DNA from: Leptospirales bacterium
Lineage (GTDB): Bacteria > Spirochaetota > Leptospiria > Turneriellales > JAOUFE01
Reading direction: 5' to 3'
Assembly: GCA_040326155.1 (NCBI GenBank)
Contig: JBEQLE010000036.1
Coordinates: 1-42,656 of the forward strand
DNA length: 42,656 nucleotides
Positions 1-9,279 of the stretch are shown here, piece by piece. The translations under genes were made by a program, and so were the position numbers. Below the pieces are notes generated by a model, which saw only the letters and a list, made by a program, of their open reading frames with translations, was not told the DNA's origin and ran no database searches. The first letter of the stretch is position 1. Each line of letters begins with the position of its first letter.

Positions 1-19
1 GCCGTAGGCGTTTGGCGCG

Positions 20-43
20 AGGGGGAAAACTTTCCCCCTTTTT
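20..43 (+). terminator. Hairpin plus T-run; likely terminator of an upstream unit or end of a REP-like element
   Basis: agggggaaa-ac-tttccccct inverted repeat followed by tttt; preceded by GC-rich gccgtaggcg at the window edge. Confidence 0.45.
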
Positions 44-276
44 GTGGAGCCTAGTTTTCCCAAGTGTTTAACCGGTATCGCTGGCTGCGTTTTGTTATAA
101 ATATTGCTTTTCACTGGAGATGTCTATATTATATCAACAAGGGTGAAGTGCTCTGGTTAGCCAGGGACTTAGTTAAATCGGAAGCAATTTACAATATTAG
201 AATATTATTATTTAGGAATTTACTTGCCAAAACCTGTCGGTTGTAGAATATTGACCTGGAAAATAAAATAATTCAT

Positions 277-282
277 AAGGAG
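277..282 (+). promoter_or_regulatory. Shine-Dalgarno site of dsrC
   Basis: AAGGAG 5 nt upstream of ATG at 288. Confidence 0.7.
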
Positions 283-287
283 AGTGT

Positions 288-623
288 ATGGCTACAATGG
301 AATTTCAAGGTACTGACTACGCAATAGATGAAGAAGGATACCTTACAAACCTGGAAGAGTGGAATGAAGAAATAGCAAAACATATGGCGGATAAAGAGAG
401 TATTGAGTTATCCGAAAGTCATTGGGAAGTTATTCATTTTTTACGAGAGTATTATGAGGAATATCAAATTGCCCCGATGGTTCGTATTTTAACGAAAGCG
501 GTAGGTAAAAAACTTGGACCGGAAAAAGGAAACAATAAATACTTATACGAGTTATTTCCCGAAGGGCCGGCTAAGCAAGCTTGTAAATTTGCAGGTTTAC
601 CAAAACCAACAGGTTGCGTTTAA
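288..623 (+). CDS. dsrC: DsrC sulfur-carrier protein (DsrC/TusE family, both C-terminal Cys present)
   Basis: 111 aa; DEEGYL, HWEVIHFLREYY, YLYELFP.GPAKQACKFAGLPKPTGCV (Cys-X10-Cys); first gene before dsrTMKJOP. Confidence 0.95.
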   Translation: MATMEFQGTDYAIDEEGYLTNLEEWNEEIAKHMADKESIELSESHWEVIHFLREYYEEYQIAPMVRILTKAVGKKLGPEKGNNKYLYELFPEGPAKQACKFAGLPKPTGCV

Positions 624-630
624 GGCTGTT

Positions 631-667
631 TCCGGGTTGAGCGTCCAAATATGATGTTTAACCCGGA
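631..667 (+). terminator. 15-bp stem-loop between dsrC and dsrT (partial terminator or mRNA stabiliser)
   Basis: tccgggttgagcgtc-caaatat-gatgtttaacccgga pairs fully with three G-U pairs; weak T-rich tail. Confidence 0.55.
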
Positions 668-696
668 TTATTGTATTAAATTTTTGCCTATTTATT

Positions 697-1221
697 ATGA
701 ATGAAACTGAATTGTATAATTGGTTAGCTACGCACAGAACGAAAATAGTTGATGAATGGACTTTGCAGGTAATGCCCGGAAGCCCTTCTGAACAACGAAA
801 CAGGTTTACAAATCCAATGTATTATACCATCCATCTTGAACTTGATCTGTTATACGGCAAAGTGTTGGAACGCAGTGAAGATCTTGACGATTATAAGACC
901 ACTCAACTTATGAAAATTCAGGCTTTGCACAATACCGAGGCAGACCAGGCTACGGCATTTTCCCATATTTTGAAAGAAATTCTGGAGAATGCGATAATGA
1001 AGGACGGGCTTGAAATTACCGTTTTGTCTCAACTTGATTTGCAGGTTCAACTTATGGCGGAAGCGGCATCTTTACAATTTATGAAAAACCGTGAAAAACT
1101 GGAAAGTATAAAACAAAAAGAACGTAATTCGCGTGTGTTTAGCGACCTTCCTCCCGACTCGGTTTGCCCGTCCTCGTTTTTACATAATACCCCTGAAAAG
1201 AGTATCGGGACTACTACATGA
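697..1221 (+). CDS. dsrT: DsrT (RsbRD N-terminal domain protein)
   Basis: KIVDEW...NRFTNPMYY, MKIQAL, ATAFSHILKEIL, REKLESIK pattern; stop overlaps dsrM start (ATGA), the canonical dsrT position. Confidence 0.85.
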   Translation: MNETELYNWLATHRTKIVDEWTLQVMPGSPSEQRNRFTNPMYYTIHLELDLLYGKVLERSEDLDDYKTTQLMKIQALHNTEADQATAFSHILKEILENAIMKDGLEITVLSQLDLQVQLMAEAASLQFMKNREKLESIKQKERNSRVFSDLPPDSVCPSSFLHNTPEKSIGTTT

Positions 1222-2210
1222 AAATTATTTTTTCTGTATTCGTTACTCTGCTTCTGGCGCTGGTCGCTTTTGCCGGCGTAGAATTTTTACAATTACATTT
1301 TGTGTTCGGGGTGGTAATACCTTATTTTGCTTTTTTGTTTTTTGTGTTCGGTTTTATTTTACGAGTGATTGGCTGGGCAAAGGCTCCGACTCCTTTTAAC
1401 ATAACGACTACGGCGGGACAACAAAAGTCCCTATCGTGGATAAAAAATGAAAATCTGGAAAATCCTCGAAATAGTGCCGGTGTATTTGGACGCATGTTTC
1501 TTGAAGTTTTCTTTTTTCGCTCTCTGTTTCGTAATACAACAGCGTATTTGAATAAGCGACAAAATCTGGGCTATGGTTCAGAAAAAACTCTCTGGCTGGG
1601 CGGACTTTTATTTCACTGGAGTTTCTTTTTTATATTTATTCGTCATCTGCGATTTTTTACCAACCCTCCTTTGTCTTTTGTCGGTTCCATGGAATCTATC
1701 GATGGGTTTATGCAGGTCGGCGTTCCTGTATTTTATTTCACCGATTTAATTTTACTGCTTACGGTAACGTTCCTGTTTTTACGACGGGTTTATCTGCCAA
1801 GAATAAAATATATTTCTCTTACCGCAGACTATTTTCCTTTACTATTAATATTTGCCATAGGTGTGAGCGGCGTAGCCATGCGGTATATAATAAGAGTTGA
1901 TATAATGTCGATTAAAACCATGACAATGAGTCTCGTTCACTTTAGTCCCGTGGTACCCGCAGGAATTCAATCTATTGTTTTCGTACATCTTTTTCTGGTC
2001 TGTGCACTATTTATCTATTTTCCAATGAGCAAGTTAATGCATATGGCGGGAGTATTTTTGAGCCCCACTAGAAATTTACAAGGCAACTCCAGGGAAAATC
2101 GTCATGTGAACCCCTGGAATTATCCTGTGAAAGTTCACCCTTACGATCATTATGAAGATGAATTTAGAGAACCGATGAAAAAAGCCGGCATTCCGGTGGA
2201 TAAGGAGTAG
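1218..2210 (+). CDS. dsrM: DsrM membrane b-type cytochrome (NarI/HmeC-like)
   Basis: Multiple TM helices; GQQKSLSWIK, FFRSLFRNT, LLFHWS..IRHLRFF, VHLFLV..YFPMSKLMHMAG, SPTRN. Confidence 0.95.
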   Translation: MKIIFSVFVTLLLALVAFAGVEFLQLHFVFGVVIPYFAFLFFVFGFILRVIGWAKAPTPFNITTTAGQQKSLSWIKNENLENPRNSAGVFGRMFLEVFFFRSLFRNTTAYLNKRQNLGYGSEKTLWLGGLLFHWSFFFIFIRHLRFFTNPPLSFVGSMESIDGFMQVGVPVFYFTDLILLLTVTFLFLRRVYLPRIKYISLTADYFPLLLIFAIGVSGVAMRYIIRVDIMSIKTMTMSLVHFSPVVPAGIQSIVFVHLFLVCALFIYFPMSKLMHMAGVFLSPTRNLQGNSRENRHVNPWNYPVKVHPYDHYEDEFREPMKKAGIPVDKE

Positions 2211-2212
2211 GT

Positions 2213-3844
2213 ATGGGTAAATTACCTGAGCCTGAAAAATTAAGCAAGGTCAATTACTCCACCCCGGATGTGGATTGGCTGGATCTGAAAACGACGTTTG
2301 AACCAGGTTCGTATTGTTACGGGGAAAAACCCAAGGGTGTGGAAATACTTGGACTGCCGAACCCGCGAGAGTGGAATCCCGCCGATGCAGACTGGAAGCT
2401 GGCACCGAACTGGAAAGAGACCATGAAAAGCGGAATGAAAACTCGCCTGGAAAGATTTCGTTCTTTGCAACTGTTTATGGACATTTGTGTTCGCTGCGGC
2501 GCTTGTTCCGATAAATGTCATTTTTACCTTGGTACCGGCGATGTAAAAAACATGCCCGTTTTACGAGCTGAACTTATGAGATCGGTTTACAGAAAAGAAC
2601 ATACGATTGGTGGAAAACTTCTCGGTAAACTGGCCAGCGCCCGTGAAATGGATGAGGAAGTTTTAAAAGAGTGGTATAAATATTTTTATCAATGTACCGA
2701 GTGTCGAAGGTGTTCAGTGTTTTGTCCTTATGGAATTGATACTGCCGAAATAACCATGCATGCTCGTGAGTTAATGCACGAAGTTGGCGTTGGTATTAAC
2801 TGGGTGGTTGAACCGGCCTCCAATAGTTTTAGAACGGGAAACCACCTCGGTTTAACACCTCATGCCATTACCAATAGTGTAGAAATGCTGGTTGAGGATA
2901 TTAAAGATATAACCGGTATCGATGTTAACCCTACTTTCAATCGGAAAGGGGCTGAAGTACTGTTTATTACTCCATCGGCGGACTTTTTTGCCGAACCCGG
3001 TATTTTTACCATGATGGGGTATATGCTTCTTTTTGAACACATTGGACTGGATTACACTTTAAGTACGTATGCATCGGAAGGCGGTAATTTCGGACTTTTT
3101 ACATCACATGAGATGATGAAAAGATTGAACTCTAAAATGTACGCAGAAGCCGAACGATTGGGAGTAAAATGGATTCTCGGGGGAGAGTGCGGACACATGT
3201 GGAGAGTCGTTCATCAATACATGGATACTCTGACCGGACCTGCGAACTTTCTGGAAACTCCCGTTTCGCCAATTACCGGAACTAAATTCGATTATGCAAA
3301 ACAAACTAAGTTTGTTCATATTGCAGAATTTACCGCCGACTTAATTCGAAATAATAAACTGAATCTTGATAAAAGCCGAAACAACCACAGAAAAGTTACA
3401 TTTCATGATTCTTGTAATGTTGCTCGTGGTATGGGAATGTTCGAAGAACCTCGATATATTCTAAATAATACAGTGAACGAATTTTACGAGATGTCCGATG
3501 AAACCATCCGCGAGAAAACGTTTTGCTGTGGAAGCGGATCGGGACTTAATACGAATGAATATATGGAAACTCGATTGAAAGGTGGATTTCCCAGAGCGAA
3601 CGCGGTAAAACATGTTCAAGAAGAACATGGTGTAAATCTTCTGACGGCGATATGCGCTATTGATCGTGCGGCATTTCCTCCTCTTCTGGATTATTGGACA
3701 CCGGGGGTAGATACAAGTGGTCTTCATGAATTAATAGGAAACGCACTTATTATGGAAGGGGAAATTACAAGAGACGTTGACCTGCGACAAGAACCGCTTG
3801 CGGCACCGCAAAACACCGGAGTTGAGAATGTACAACAAGACTAA
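2213..3844 (+). CDS. dsrK: DsrK, HdrD-like Fe-S/CCG catalytic subunit
   Basis: CVRCGACSDKC and CTECRRCSVFCP 4Fe-4S motifs; GECGH, FHDSC, FCCG, CAID. Confidence 0.95.
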   Translation: MGKLPEPEKLSKVNYSTPDVDWLDLKTTFEPGSYCYGEKPKGVEILGLPNPREWNPADADWKLAPNWKETMKSGMKTRLERFRSLQLFMDICVRCGACSDKCHFYLGTGDVKNMPVLRAELMRSVYRKEHTIGGKLLGKLASAREMDEEVLKEWYKYFYQCTECRRCSVFCPYGIDTAEITMHARELMHEVGVGINWVVEPASNSFRTGNHLGLTPHAITNSVEMLVEDIKDITGIDVNPTFNRKGAEVLFITPSADFFAEPGIFTMMGYMLLFEHIGLDYTLSTYASEGGNFGLFTSHEMMKRLNSKMYAEAERLGVKWILGGECGHMWRVVHQYMDTLTGPANFLETPVSPITGTKFDYAKQTKFVHIAEFTADLIRNNKLNLDKSRNNHRKVTFHDSCNVARGMGMFEEPRYILNNTVNEFYEMSDETIREKTFCCGSGSGLNTNEYMETRLKGGFPRANAVKHVQEEHGVNLLTAICAIDRAAFPPLLDYWTPGVDTSGLHELIGNALIMEGEITRDVDLRQEPLAAPQNTGVENVQQD

Positions 3845-4262
3845 AGTCTCGATTGGAATTCTACTGTTTTTGTGTTTAGCCTCCCTACCTTTCTGGCATT
3901 CGCTGATGCAAGACGGGGAAGACAGCGCGATAAAAAATCCCGTCATTTTGGCAACGGCGGGTGAAACCTGTGTCGAAGATAGAGCCTTCATGCGATCGAA
4001 TCATATGGTGTTATTGCACCAGTGGCGTGATGAGGTGGTTCGTGAAAACAAACGTGAGTATACCAACTCTCATGGAGAGCTCTTTCAAAAAAGTCTCAGC
4101 AAAACCTGTCTGGGGTGCCATTCTAATAAAAAAGAATTTTGTGAGACTTGTCATGCACAGGCCAGTGTAAAAGTAACCTGTTTTGACTGTCATTTACAAC
4201 CGGAGCAGATGACCGAGAAAAACAGACAAGAACCTTACTTTCACAAGAGCCGGGGGAATTAA
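3828..4262 (+). CDS. dsrJ: DsrJ triheme cytochrome c
   Basis: N-terminal TM; CVED..MRSNHM..L..WRD.VVR; three CxxCH (CLGCH, CETCH, CFDCH); ATG 3828 preferred over track start 3777. Confidence 0.93.
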   Translation: MYNKTKVSIGILLFLCLASLPFWHSLMQDGEDSAIKNPVILATAGETCVEDRAFMRSNHMVLLHQWRDEVVRENKREYTNSHGELFQKSLSKTCLGCHSNKKEFCETCHAQASVKVTCFDCHLQPEQMTEKNRQEPYFHKSRGN

Positions 4263-4263
4263 C

Positions 4264-5043
4264 GTGAAGTTCGATAATAAGGTAAACCGAAAAGAATTTC
4301 TAAAACTCACCGGCATCGCCGCGCTTATTGGAGTTGGCGGAAAAACAGGCTTTAGTTTATATGCTTCGGGTCAAGAACCTGAAACAGATTCGGATGAGAA
4401 TAAAAATAAAATTCGATATGGTCTTTTAATCGATACAAAAAAATGCCCACCCGATTGTACAGACTGTAGTGACATTTGCCACTCTAAACATAATGTACCT
4501 TCGTATAAGTCTAAAAAAATTGAAATTAAATGGATATGGAAAGAACCGGCTAAACACCTTTTTCCTGAAAATAACTGGGACTTAAAACCGGTAGCGGCCA
4601 AGAATGTTCCGTTGCTTACAGTGTGTAACCATTGTAAGAATCCCCCTTGTGTTCGAGTTTGTCCTACGCAGGCGACTTTTAAAAGAGACGATGGAATTAT
4701 TATGATGGATTACCACCGTTGTATTGGTTGCCGCTTTTGTATGGCTGGGTGCCCTTATGGCTCCCGAAGTTTTAACTATAAAGATCCGCGAAAAGGGTTA
4801 ACCGAACTAAACCCGGATTACCCTACAAGAACGACGGGAGTGGTTGAAAAATGTAATTTATGCGCCGAAAAAATTGGCGATGGTAGCTCTCCTTATTGTG
4901 TTGAAAAATGCTCCAAAGGCGCCATTATTTTTGGAAACTTGAATGACCCTGAAAGTGAAATTCGAAAAGCGATAGAACAAGATCATGTTCTTCGACGAAA
5001 AGCGGAACTGGGAACCGAGCCATCGGTTTTTTATAAAGTATAA
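4264..5043 (+). CDS. dsrO: DsrO periplasmic ferredoxin-like subunit (NrfC family)
   Basis: Tat-like NRKEFLK leader; four Cys clusters incl. CNHCKNPPCVRVCP and CIGCRFCMAGCPYG. Confidence 0.93.
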   Translation: MKFDNKVNRKEFLKLTGIAALIGVGGKTGFSLYASGQEPETDSDENKNKIRYGLLIDTKKCPPDCTDCSDICHSKHNVPSYKSKKIEIKWIWKEPAKHLFPENNWDLKPVAAKNVPLLTVCNHCKNPPCVRVCPTQATFKRDDGIIMMDYHRCIGCRFCMAGCPYGSRSFNYKDPRKGLTELNPDYPTRTTGVVEKCNLCAEKIGDGSSPYCVEKCSKGAIIFGNLNDPESEIRKAIEQDHVLRRKAELGTEPSVFYKV

Positions 5044-5061
5044 CGGAATACGAGGAATACA

Positions 5062-6210
5062 ATGATAGAGAAGGCTTTCGAAGGTGGAAAAAAATACAAA
5101 CTCTGGCTGTTGTTTTTGTTGGCAATTATTGCCGCCGGTATTTACCAATACTCCATACAGTTAGAAGAAGGACTGAGCATTACCGGAATGAGCCGGGATG
5201 TTTCCTGGGGTTTTTACGTCGCGAATTTTACTTTTTTTGTAGGAGTCGCAGCATCGGCAGTAATGCTGGTTATTCCTTATTATTTGCACCATTATAAAAA
5301 GTTTTCACAACTTGTTATATTCGGCGAATGGCTTGCCGTCGGTTCCGTGGTGATGTGTATTCTGTTTATTTTCGTCGATATGGGGCAACCGCAAAGAGCG
5401 TTGAATATATTGTTGCATCCAACTCCGAATTCAGTTTTGTTCTGGGACGTTATTGTCTTGTTTGGATACCTTGCCATAAATCTATTTGTCGCCTGGGTGA
5501 CGTTACGCAAAGAAAAAGCAAACCTCGAAATATCTAAACTGATAAAATTCCTTATATTGTTGTCTATTCCCTGGGCAATTGCAATACATACGGTAACCGC
5601 ATTTTTATATTCGGGTCTACCCGGACGACACGCATGGCTCACCGCAATTATGGCGCCAAGGTTTCTTGCCTCGGCTTTTGCCGCCGGACCGGCTCTCTTA
5701 ATCTTGCTGCTTATGGTGGTTAAAAAACTTACCTATTTCAAGCCCGAAAAAGAAGCGTTCGGGACGCTTGCAAAAATTATGCTCTATGGAATGCTGGTGA
5801 ATATCTTCTTTTATGGGCTGGAAATTTTTACAGCGTTTTATAGTAATATTCCTTCGCATAAACACACCTTGACTTATCTATTTTTCGGACTGAACGGTTA
5901 CAGCAAACTTGTACCGTATGTGTGGACTTCGGTGGCGTTTGGGTTTGTGTCGGTTTTTATGTTGCTGTTTCCCGCCATTCGGGCAAACCATAAAACTCTG
6001 GCAGTAGCCGCCACGTTGATTTTTTTCTCAACATATCTCGATAAAGGTCTGGCTCTGGTAATTGGCGGATTTATCCCTTCACCGTTGGAGACTATTACCG
6101 AATATACGATTACCGGTCCCGAATTTACAATATCAGCAGGAATATGGGCTATTGGAGCGCTGCTCGTAACCCTGGCATATCGTATGACACTGAATGTTCG
6201 CCAAAGCTAA
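5062..6210 (+). CDS. dsrP: DsrP polytopic membrane subunit (NrfD/PsrC family)
   Basis: TGMSRDVSWGFYVANFTFFVGVAASA, DMGQP, SIPWAIAIHTVTAF, APRFLASAF; about 10 TM; RBS gagga. Confidence 0.95.
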   Translation: MIEKAFEGGKKYKLWLLFLLAIIAAGIYQYSIQLEEGLSITGMSRDVSWGFYVANFTFFVGVAASAVMLVIPYYLHHYKKFSQLVIFGEWLAVGSVVMCILFIFVDMGQPQRALNILLHPTPNSVLFWDVIVLFGYLAINLFVAWVTLRKEKANLEISKLIKFLILLSIPWAIAIHTVTAFLYSGLPGRHAWLTAIMAPRFLASAFAAGPALLILLLMVVKKLTYFKPEKEAFGTLAKIMLYGMLVNIFFYGLEIFTAFYSNIPSHKHTLTYLFFGLNGYSKLVPYVWTSVAFGFVSVFMLLFPAIRANHKTLAVAATLIFFSTYLDKGLALVIGGFIPSPLETITEYTITGPEFTISAGIWAIGALLVTLAYRMTLNVRQS

Positions 6211-6478
6211 AGAGCTTGCTTACCGGTTTTATATAGGTGGAAAAACCTATACTTACGAAATTAGTAGAAACAAAAGACAATTTAATCTGACTAAAGGGCT
6301 GTATAATCCGAAAAAATGATATAATTGTCACTTTTTTTGGCGTTTGCTTACATAAAAGTGTATTTGTACTTTACGTATGGCCTAATAAATAGAGGTTGTT
6401 TTTACATTGAGGAATTGAATGTTAATTCAAGACCTTAATAAACGAATACAAGTTAAATAAATAGTATTGGAAGACAAA

Positions 6479-6697
6479 ATGGTTGAAGGTTACATTGAAA
6501 CATTGTCAGATAAAGAGATATTGCAAGAACTTAACGGCGGGCCGGATAATTTTGTTCCAGGTCATTATAAAATCTTCGTAGAAGAAGGAAAGAAAAGAAA
6601 CCTGAAATTTGTTTATAATGAACAAGATCTTGCAAATACAGTAAAACCTGGTCAGGATACGCGACCTCTATTTAAAAAATCGGAAAAAAAACGATAA
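6479..6697 (+). CDS. Small hypothetical protein
   Basis: ORF with protein-like composition; start uncertain (TTG 6467 or ATG 6479). Confidence 0.5.
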   Translation: MVEGYIETLSDKEILQELNGGPDNFVPGHYKIFVEEGKKRNLKFVYNEQDLANTVKPGQDTRPLFKKSEKKR

Positions 6698-6730
6698 TAA
6701 ATTTTTTCATTCCGCAGCGGGAAAACAGCG

Positions 6731-7264
6731 ATGTTTAAATCAATTGAGTCGCTTAAACCTGCTCCAGCTGTAATTTTCGTCACAATCCCCTTTCTGGGGG
6801 CCATTCTACTGCTTTTTTTTATACCCATCTATGCCGCTTCCTGGAATTCCATACAGTACATTTTACCCGTAGTATACATTGCCCTTTATCCCGCTTTTTT
6901 ATATTGGTATAGTTTTTCATATACAACTTATGCTTTATGTAAAGAGAAAGGATTTTTCCCCGGCCATCTCGGTATTATTAAATATGGGTTTCTGTTTTTC
7001 CTGGCGTATTCCTTTGGTATACTTTTGTTGGTTTTAACCGGTATGGACCTGGAAACATATGAGTATCGATTTCCTCTGTTTTTGGCCCATTTGCCCCTGA
7101 TTTTATGGTGGTTGTATATGCTCTCTTTTAATTCTAAAGCCCTGTTGGGTCTTGAAGCAAATAAAAAGGTTGAAAAACCGGGGCCGTTAATGGCCACATT
7201 TGCTCTTGTTCCTCTAACTGTCTATTTTGTGCAAAAACGGTTATATGCCTTATTGCAAAAATAA
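6731..7264 (+). CDS. Hypothetical integral membrane protein
   Basis: 177 aa with about 5 hydrophobic segments. Confidence 0.7.
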   Translation: MFKSIESLKPAPAVIFVTIPFLGAILLLFFIPIYAASWNSIQYILPVVYIALYPAFLYWYSFSYTTYALCKEKGFFPGHLGIIKYGFLFFLAYSFGILLLVLTGMDLETYEYRFPLFLAHLPLILWWLYMLSFNSKALLGLEANKKVEKPGPLMATFALVPLTVYFVQKRLYALLQK

Positions 7265-7367
7265 TTTTCTAATAAATACTTTACATTAAGTAAACCTGTA
7301 TTTACTATTTCCCGAATAGAAAGACTCGGGTTGTTTTTATAGCTCGAACATAGCAAAAAGGTATAGA

Positions 7368-8288
7368 ATGAAGTTTTTCCGAATATTAGATAAACCGGTA
7401 CATATTTCCATATTAAAGCCATCCATATTTTTAGCTCTTTTTATTATGATTTTGAACGATCATTTTTTGAAACATTCGGAATTATTACCGGGGGTAGTAA
7501 CCGGGAAAATCAGTGATCTTGCATTTTTATATTTTGCGCCTATTTCAGCCGCATGGCTTTTTAAAGTTAAAAAGGTGAGAGGTCTGGTCCTTACTCTATT
7601 TGTATTTGCAACTGGCTTTGTATTTTTAAATACATCTGTTCCGTTTTCACTATTTATAGAAAAACTGTTTTTTTCATTTGGGTTTCCAACCCGGTTATGG
7701 CCGGATGCAACAGATTTACTTGCACTGTTGGTTATACCTTTTTCCGTAAAAGCTTGTTTTACAAATGGTGAATTTAATTTTTCACGACGTCGAAATCTGG
7801 CAAAATATACACTTGTGAGTGTATCCATTTTAGCCTGTTTATATACTTCGCCCGGAAGGCCATCAACCCACACACCGGTTTACATGGACTGGGTAAATTT
7901 TAGAGAGTCTGTAAAAATAAAAAAACCCCAGTCGATCGAAGTTCGTGGAAAAATTTACATTAAAGATAATTATCTATTTGTGAACGAACCTAATAAAGGC
8001 ATACATATTTACGATATAACAGATAAGGAAAATCCTGTAGCCGTTAGTTTTATAGAACTATATGGAAATGTAGATTTAGCCGTACAATACAAGACGTTGT
8101 ATGCGGACAGTTTTACTGATTTGCTTATTTTCGACATATCGAATCCGGAAGAACCAGTTTTTGTACGAAGAATCAATGACCAATTTGAGTATAATCCCGT
8201 GCAAGCGGCCCCACCCGGCGCAGTTATTAACGAATACGATTATGAAGATGCCTCCCAGGGTGTAATTATCGGGTGGGAAGAAAAATGA
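7368..8288 (+). CDS. Membrane protein with C-terminal LVIVD-repeat module
   Basis: N-terminal TM domain (LNDHFLK..TGKISD); C-terminal GKIYIKDNYLFVNE..KGIHIYDI..GNVDLAV..LYADSF.DLLIFDISNP. Confidence 0.75.
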   Translation: MKFFRILDKPVHISILKPSIFLALFIMILNDHFLKHSELLPGVVTGKISDLAFLYFAPISAAWLFKVKKVRGLVLTLFVFATGFVFLNTSVPFSLFIEKLFFSFGFPTRLWPDATDLLALLVIPFSVKACFTNGEFNFSRRRNLAKYTLVSVSILACLYTSPGRPSTHTPVYMDWVNFRESVKIKKPQSIEVRGKIYIKDNYLFVNEPNKGIHIYDITDKENPVAVSFIELYGNVDLAVQYKTLYADSFTDLLIFDISNPEEPVFVRRINDQFEYNPVQAAPPGAVINEYDYEDASQGVIIGWEEK

Positions 8289-9253
8289 AATTTTATTTTA
8301 AAAAGGGAACAATTATTTCTGTTTTTCTTTTACTGTTGTTTGCAGGCCTGAGCTGTAAAGGTACCAGTAAAGTGAATCGGTCTGGTAAAAGCGGTTCGTT
8401 TGCCCGAATGAATATTGTCGGTGATTATTTATATACTTTGAACAAGTCTAAATTAACAGTTCATAGAATTTCAGATCCTTACAGCCCGGTAAAAGTTAGA
8501 GAAGTTGAAATAGATGATACCATTGAAACGTTGTTTCCTGTAGAAGATAAACTTTTTATAGGTTCGACAAATGGAATGTTCATTTACGATATTGCAAAAC
8601 CGGAGAGACCGACTCTTCTTGGCCAATACAGCCACTTTACCGCGTGCGACCCTGTTGTTACCCAAAATAATTATGCATATATTACATTGAGAAGTGGAAC
8701 GGGATGCCAAAACAGTAGAAACGAACTACATATTATTGATATAAAGAATATTGTAAAACCTGAACTTGTTAAAGAATATAGAATGAAAAACCCTCATGGC
8801 CTGGCCATCGATAACGATTTACTTTTTATTGCTGAAGGTGATTATGGGTTAAAAATTTTCGATGTCAAAAACCCGTATGAGATAAAACGTTTAAAACATA
8901 TTGAAAATATGAATGCATATGATATTATATTACAAAATTCTTACTTATATGTAATTGGAAAAGATGGTTTGTATATATACGATTACCGTTATTTTCCGGA
9001 AAGGCCGATTCACAAAGTAAGCAAAATTTCCATTCGAGAGCCATTTACCGTCCGGTTTAAAAATAAATTTAAAGACATCAGCATATTTAAAATTATATTG
9101 ATTTTTTATTCTTTTATGCTTACTCTTTTACTTTGGAAAGCATGGGGGGCGAAATCGGCAAAAAAGAGAAAAGTATTTAAAATTATTTTAATCGTCTTAG
9201 TTGCGGCACCGCTGGCGCTGCTTGCCGTGCTTTTTATAGTTTTTCTGACTTAG
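8285..9253 (+). CDS. LVIVD-repeat lipoprotein with two C-terminal TM helices
   Basis: Lipobox-like GLSC; GSFARM, ETLFP, CDPVV, YAYITLRSG, LHIIDI repeats; ATG 8285 overlaps upstream stop (ATGA). Confidence 0.8.
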   Translation: MKFYFKKGTIISVFLLLLFAGLSCKGTSKVNRSGKSGSFARMNIVGDYLYTLNKSKLTVHRISDPYSPVKVREVEIDDTIETLFPVEDKLFIGSTNGMFIYDIAKPERPTLLGQYSHFTACDPVVTQNNYAYITLRSGTGCQNSRNELHIIDIKNIVKPELVKEYRMKNPHGLAIDNDLLFIAEGDYGLKIFDVKNPYEIKRLKHIENMNAYDIILQNSYLYVIGKDGLYIYDYRYFPERPIHKVSKISIREPFTVRFKNKFKDISIFKIILIFYSFMLTLLLWKAWGAKSAKKRKVFKIILIVLVAAPLALLAVLFIVFLT

Positions 9254-9279
9254 GTAATTTCACGGGTAATGGTAATATA

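Noticed and set aside
64..246. 60-aa ORF upstream of dsrC
   Set aside because: GTG start without RBS, no recognisable motif; probably the dsrC promoter region
288..623. TusE (tRNA thiolation) rather than DsrC
   Set aside because: Both C-terminal cysteines are present and the gene heads dsrTMKJOP
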